A stretch of 61,607 nucleotides of DNA from a virus. Taxonomy: Duplodnaviria > Caudoviricetes. Below are positions 57,280 through 61,607 of this stretch, in pieces. Location: the IMG/VR virus record IMGVR_UViG_3300048029_000244, positions 1 to 61,607 of that record; one strand, given 5' to 3'. The notes beneath the pieces are model-generated. The model did no database searches. It was not told the DNA's origin and worked only from the letters and a program-made list of their open reading frames with translations. The position numbers and the translations under genes are program-made. The stretch's first letter is position 1. Every line of letters begins with the position of its first letter.

Positions 57280-57977
57280 GTCTTGGTTTAAATATAGCCA
57301 AGCCTTACATGATTCATGAACTTGACATGCTTACAATACCAAATTTATTAATGTGGTATGAAAGAGGAGCTGCTATATTATTTAGACAGGCATTTGTGCA
57401 GGAGTGGCCTAACCACCCAGAATTAAATAGCGCCTATGATTTAGTTCAAACTAATGTAAACAATATGCCTAATGTATTTACTAATGGAGCTGATAATTAT
57501 ACGTTCACTGGCACAAGTGAATTAGTGAGTGCAACACAAAAAGATTTTTCTGAGTTCACTATTGTAGTAACATTAAACTTAAACGAGTCTGTAAATTTAA
57601 CTAACGAAGGATTGTTAGGTAGAAAACTTAATGACTTAATAAAATTATATAGAGGCGGTAGTCCTACAAGGGTAGGCTATAAATTAGAGGGAACAAACTA
57701 TGATGGAAACAACATGGATATACATTATCCTTTTGGAGACTTTGTTATGTCTTTTATAAGATACTCAGATGGATTGTCTTTAATTAGAATAAACGGAGAA
57801 ATTATAGAAGGCATACAAACAAATATTTTAGACTCTTTAAGATTTAACCAGGTAGGTAGTGGTACATTATCTGGAGTAGGTCTAGACTCTATAGTATATG
57901 AAATAGCAATATTTGAAAACAGTTTAACAGACTATGATTTAGAAAATGTAGAAGATTATTTATTATCAAGAATATAA
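57273..57977 (+). CDS. Second MLGLG-start spike protein with a LamG/concanavalin-like domain
   Basis: MLGLGL start, L.MWY, YEIAIF...L...VEDYL. Confidence 0.65.
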   Translation: MLGLGLNIAKPYMIHELDMLTIPNLLMWYERGAAILFRQAFVQEWPNHPELNSAYDLVQTNVNNMPNVFTNGADNYTFTGTSELVSATQKDFSEFTIVVTLNLNESVNLTNEGLLGRKLNDLIKLYRGGSPTRVGYKLEGTNYDGNNMDIHYPFGDFVMSFIRYSDGLSLIRINGEIIEGIQTNILDSLRFNQVGSGTLSGVGLDSIVYEIAIFENSLTDYDLENVEDYLLSRI

Positions 57978-58264
57978 TGGCAACCGCAGCACAAGAAATA
58001 GCATTAATGCAACAAAGAATGGATACTTTAGAAAAGAAGATTGATGACATGGATAAGAAGTTAGACAATTTAACTTCACAATTATTAAATCCTGACGATG
58101 GTTTTGTTGCTAGAGTTAATAAAAATACAGCGTTTAGAAAAGACATGGAAGAACTTGTGTCTGAAATATACGCTATGAAAAGATGGAGAAGAACAATAGA
58201 CTATGTGGTAAAAGCTTTAGTAGTTGCTGTAATAGGTAGTATAGTCAAAATATTTTTTATGTAA
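57977..58264 (+). CDS. Coiled-coil protein with a C-terminal TM segment (holin/XhlA-like)
   Basis: Heptad region then VVKALVVAVIGSIVKIFF. Confidence 0.55.
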   Translation: MATAAQEIALMQQRMDTLEKKIDDMDKKLDNLTSQLLNPDDGFVARVNKNTAFRKDMEELVSEIYAMKRWRRTIDYVVKALVVAVIGSIVKIFFM

Positions 58265-58386
58265 TGAGAAAAATAGCGTCAACGTTTAAATACAAGTCTA
58301 AAACTAAAAGACCAGGTGTGCATTCTAAAAATGCCAGTAAAAATAAGTCTGGATATAAATCTAAGTATAGAGGTCAAGGTAAATAA
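58264..58386 (+). CDS. 40-aa basic peptide ending KYRGQGK, not in the ORF track
   Basis: MRKIASTFKYKSKTKRPGVHSK...YRGQGK; TAATG coupling on both sides. Confidence 0.75.
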   Translation: MRKIASTFKYKSKTKRPGVHSKNASKNKSGYKSKYRGQGK

Positions 58387-61300
58387 TGAAATGGATAGGA
58401 CAACACATATGGGACTTTGTATCAAGGTTTAGAAATGATGTATACTTAGAAGACCTTGACGCTTCAAGCGGCACGTCTGCTTTAGTAGTAGACGCTCAAG
58501 GTAAAGTACATATCAACACTGGTCTAGCTACAGGCGGAGGCTCAGAGTATGTAAGTCTACCAGTAAGGTTTGAAGAAGCTGTATCAAAAGGAGACCCTGT
58601 TTATATTAGTGGTTATCACGGTTCGGTAGGCCCTGTGATAGTTGCTAAGGCAGACGCATCTAGTGCTAGCCACATGCCTGCTTTTGGATTAGCAGATGCT
58701 GATTACACACAAAACTCTACAGGTCACGCCATATCAATAGGTAACTTACAAGACATAGATACTAGTGATTATAGTGTTGGAGACACGTTATACGTAGCTT
58801 CAGGCGGTGGACTAACTAACGTAAAACCTACGGGCGCAAACTTAATACAAAACGTAGCTACAGTATCAAGGTCTAACGCTAACAATGGACAGTTAGAAGT
58901 TGTAGCAACTGGTAGAACTAATGATGTACCAGCACCATTATACATTGACCACGCTAATCAACGCGTTGGTATTGGAGCTACTAGTCCTGGTGAAAAGCTA
59001 GAAGTTAATGGTAATATAAAAATTGGGGATAATCAAAGAATAGCTTTTGGTAGCGGTGACGACTTAAGAATAACTCACGACAGTACAAACAGCTATATAC
59101 AAAACTTTACTGGTCATTTAAACATTATAAACCAAGCTGATGATAAAGATATAATATTCAAATCAGACGATGGCTCGGGCGGAGTTGAAACATATTTCTT
59201 TTTAGATGGTAGTAATGGTCTAACAACTTTCCCTGACAACAAAAAGCTTGGCTTTGGAAACGCTAGTGATTTAAGAATACAACACGATGGTAGCGATAGC
59301 TATATAAGCCAGGTTGGAACTGGCAATCTATACATACAAAACAGTGTTGACGACAAAGACATTATATTTCAATCAGATGATGGCTCTGGAGGTGTTACAA
59401 CTTATTTAGCTATTGATGGCAGTACTAATAGAGTTAATTTTAATAAACCTATAAAAATAGTTGATAGCACAGCTATAAACATAGGCTCAGGTTTAGATTT
59501 AAGATTAACGCATGATGGTACAGATTCTTTAATACAAAATTTTGAAGGTAATTTAGAAATACAGCAACGGGCAGACGACAAAGACATTATACTAATGTCC
59601 GATGATGGTTCTGGCGGGCAAACTGCTTACTTAACTTTAGATGGTACTAACGTTAGAACTAAATTCCACAAAACTGTAAATCTAGAAGATGATGTACAGC
59701 TACAAATAGGTAATTCACAAGATTTAAAACTATATCATAGCGGGACACATAGTTATATTAGTCAAGAAGGTGTTGGTGATTTATATATTCAAACTCTAAC
59801 TGATGATCGCGACATAATATTTTTAAGTGATGATGGTAGTGGTGGTGTAGCAGAATATTTTAGAATTGATGGTGGATTAGGTCATACAACTATTTCCAAG
59901 AGATTAAGAGCTAACGACAACGTAGACTTTGCCGTAGGAACAGGTAACGACTTGCGATTAGTGCATGATGGCACACATTCGTACATGACTAATTACACTG
60001 GTGATTTTTATATAGCTAATCATAGCGACGACAAACACATAATATTTCAATCAGACGATGGTAGCGGGGGTTTAGCGGAATACTTTAGAGTTCATGGTGG
60101 AGCTGAAATAGTTTTATTTAGCAAAGAAGCTAGGTTTGCTGATAATGTTAAACTAAAACTAGGAACAGGACCTGATTTTGAATTATACCACAACGGTACA
60201 AGCAGCGTTATACAGGATCTTACAGGAGATTTATATTATAGAACTTGGGCTGGTAGTATGATTTTTGAACAAAATCAAAACGATGGTGACATTATATTCA
60301 AGTCTGACGATGGTTCTGGAGGCGTTGAAACATATTTCTTTTTAGACGGTAGCGAAGGCGTTGTAAACTTTCCAGATAACAAAAGACTGACATTTGGTAC
60401 TGGTCGTGATTTATTTTTATACCACGATGGAACAAACGCTACGTTTAAAAACTACGTTGGCGATATTGTAATACAAAATGAAGCTAATGACAAAGACATA
60501 ATATTTAAGTCTGATGACGGTTCAGGTGGAGTAACAGAATACTTTAGGTTAGATGGTAGTGTTGGTGCAGGTTCTACTGTCCACACAGTATTTCCAGATA
60601 ATAGTAAAGCAGTGTTTGGTACTGGATTAGACACGCAAATATATCATGATGGTAGCAACTCTTACATCAAACAACAAGGTGGAGGAGATCTCTATATACA
60701 GCAAACAACTGACGACAAAGATATAGTACTACAGTCAGATGACGGTTCAGGTGGAGTAACAGCCTACTTAACTTTAGATGGTAGTGCTGTGGCGAACAAA
60801 TTTAGTGAAAAAGTACAAATATACAAACTTGATGCTACAGCAAATCCAAGATTATCTATTGGTAGACAAGCGCAAGAAAGCATAAACTTTGACGTTGAAG
60901 ATAGGACAGCTAGAATATATCACAGACAAGATGAAACAACAGGCAATCATGTTTTAAAGCTTACTGTAGATTCAGATACTTCTGACACTAAGGATATACA
61001 TTTAGGGTTTAGAGATGCAGATGGTTCTAACGAGTCTATTAAATTTACTGTTGATGAAAGTGGTAATGTAGGTGTTGGTACTACTGATCCATCTGAAAAA
61101 CTACATATTGTAGGAGATTTAAAAGTAGCTACAAATGCTGATGCTGGTGTTATACATTTTGGCGATACAAGTGATGAAACAAAAATAGTAGGATATGACT
61201 CTAGCGACTCCAATACAAGGTTTGATTTTTTTACATCTGGCTCTAAAAAGCTAACTATACTTGACAGCGGCAACGTTGGTATTGGAACTGATAGTCCATC

Positions 61301-61607
61301 TGAAAAGCTAGAGGTTGATGGTAATATAAAGTTAAGCGGTAATTTAGATATTGAAGGTAGTGTACAAAAACAAATACAAGTATTTCCAATGAACTTTGTA
61401 GATGATTTAGGCACAGATAAACACTTTATGCCGTTTGTAACCGCTAATGAGCAAACAGCTAATTATCAAGAAGAAGCTTGTATGGTTATGCCAGCAGACG
61501 GTAGAGTTGTATCTGTAACGGTACACTACGCTCAGATGCACGGAGCAGCAAGTGATATAACAGTTGGTATTGAAACATCGCCTTGTGGACAATCATATAC
61601 TAACGCT
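58386..61607 (+). CDS. Long tail fibre (1152 aa including 1-302) with eight SDDGSGG repeats; missed by the ORF track
   Basis: Open frame from MKWIGQHIWDF to the window end; VGIG..SP.EKL.V.G fibre motifs x3. Confidence 0.88.
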   Translation, partial: MKWIGQHIWDFVSRFRNDVYLEDLDASSGTSALVVDAQGKVHINTGLATGGGSEYVSLPVRFEEAVSKGDPVYISGYHGSVGPVIVAKADASSASHMPAFGLADADYTQNSTGHAISIGNLQDIDTSDYSVGDTLYVASGGGLTNVKPTGANLIQNVATVSRSNANNGQLEVVATGRTNDVPAPLYIDHANQRVGIGATSPGEKLEVNGNIKIGDNQRIAFGSGDDLRITHDSTNSYIQNFTGHLNIINQADDKDIIFKSDDGSGGVETYFFLDGSNGLTTFPDNKKLGFGNASDLRIQHDGSDSYISQVGTGNLYIQNSVDDKDIIFQSDDGSGGVTTYLAIDGSTNRVNFNKPIKIVDSTAINIGSGLDLRLTHDGTDSLIQNFEGNLEIQQRADDKDIILMSDDGSGGQTAYLTLDGTNVRTKFHKTVNLEDDVQLQIGNSQDLKLYHSGTHSYISQEGVGDLYIQTLTDDRDIIFLSDDGSGGVAEYFRIDGGLGHTTISKRLRANDNVDFAVGTGNDLRLVHDGTHSYMTNYTGDFYIANHSDDKHIIFQSDDGSGGLAEYFRVHGGAEIVLFSKEARFADNVKLKLGTGPDFELYHNGTSSVIQDLTGDLYYRTWAGSMIFEQNQNDGDIIFKSDDGSGGVETYFFLDGSEGVVNFPDNKRLTFGTGRDLFLYHDGTNATFKNYVGDIVIQNEANDKDIIFKSDDGSGGVTEYFRLDGSVGAGSTVHTVFPDNSKAVFGTGLDTQIYHDGSNSYIKQQGGGDLYIQQTTDDKDIVLQSDDGSGGVTAYLTLDGSAVANKFSEKVQIYKLDATANPRLSIGRQAQESINFDVEDRTARIYHRQDETTGNHVLKLTVDSDTSDTKDIHLGFRDADGSNESIKFTVDESGNVGVGTTDPSEKLHIVGDLKVATNADAGVIHFGDTSDETKIVGYDSSDSNTRFDFFTSGSKKLTILDSGNVGIGTDSPSEKLEVDGNIKLSGNLDIEGSVQKQIQVFPMNFVDDLGTDKHFMPFVTANEQTANYQEEACMVMPADGRVVSVTVHYAQMHGAASDITVGIETSPCGQSYTNA
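61543..61607. repeat. End copy of the 65-nt circular overlap
   Basis: Identical to 1-65. Confidence 0.97.

Noticed and set aside
59040-60790. CRISPR-like array from the regularly recurring gatgatggt..ggtgg motif
   Set aside because: The repeats are in-frame, vary at synonymous positions and are 207-252 nt apart; they are protein repeats
61543-61607. 65-nt terminal repeat as a biological direct terminal repeat
   Set aside because: It falls mid-gene within the tail-fibre ORF and has the length of an assembler k-mer overlap; it shows circularity only
1-61607. Stop-codon reassignment as in some gut crAss-like phages
   Set aside because: The standard code gives full-length TerL, portal, MCP, muzzle and RNAP with dense packing; TAG and TGA end real genes; no suppressor tRNA was seen
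52177-61607. Diversity-generating retroelement or invertible cassette acting on the fibres
   Set aside because: No reverse transcriptase or recombinase ORF, and no adenine-only mismatched repeat pair or flanking inverted repeats were seen

Overview
The window is a complete, circularly permuted genome (61,542 bp unique plus a 65-nt end overlap) of an AT-rich lytic crAss-like podovirus. Its host is almost certainly in the Bacteroidota (TAnnTTTG promoters, no Shine-Dalgarno sites); Flavobacteriia is a weaker guess. There are two divergent arms. The ~14-kb minus-strand early/replication arm (4733-18793) encodes DnaB, Rad52/Sak, a RecE-like exonuclease, a RusA-like resolvase, SSB-like, HU-like and DnaA-domain-IV-like proteins and a MoxR AAA+/vWA-like pair, but no recognisable DNA polymerase or primase. 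The ~47-kb plus-strand late arm (18940 to the end, wrapping to 4732) has the crAss-type order TerL, portal, scaffold, MCP, ring proteins, IHF-like, tail tubular, muzzle, cargo proteins. The cargo includes a 3824-aa zincin + virion RNA polymerase polyprotein with a DKDGD catalytic motif. After it come two head-spike base/fibre modules, a repeat-rich 1152-aa tail fibre spanning the window junction, tiny basic peptides and lysis genes. The most notable non-coding signals are four apparently leaderless promoters (TAnCTTTG-YAAT-ATG), a pseudoknot-capable RNA in the major capsid gene leader, and a G-tract/hairpin motif plus a repeat array at the start of the early arm. All protein assignments come from motifs and gene order read by eye; no searches were run.
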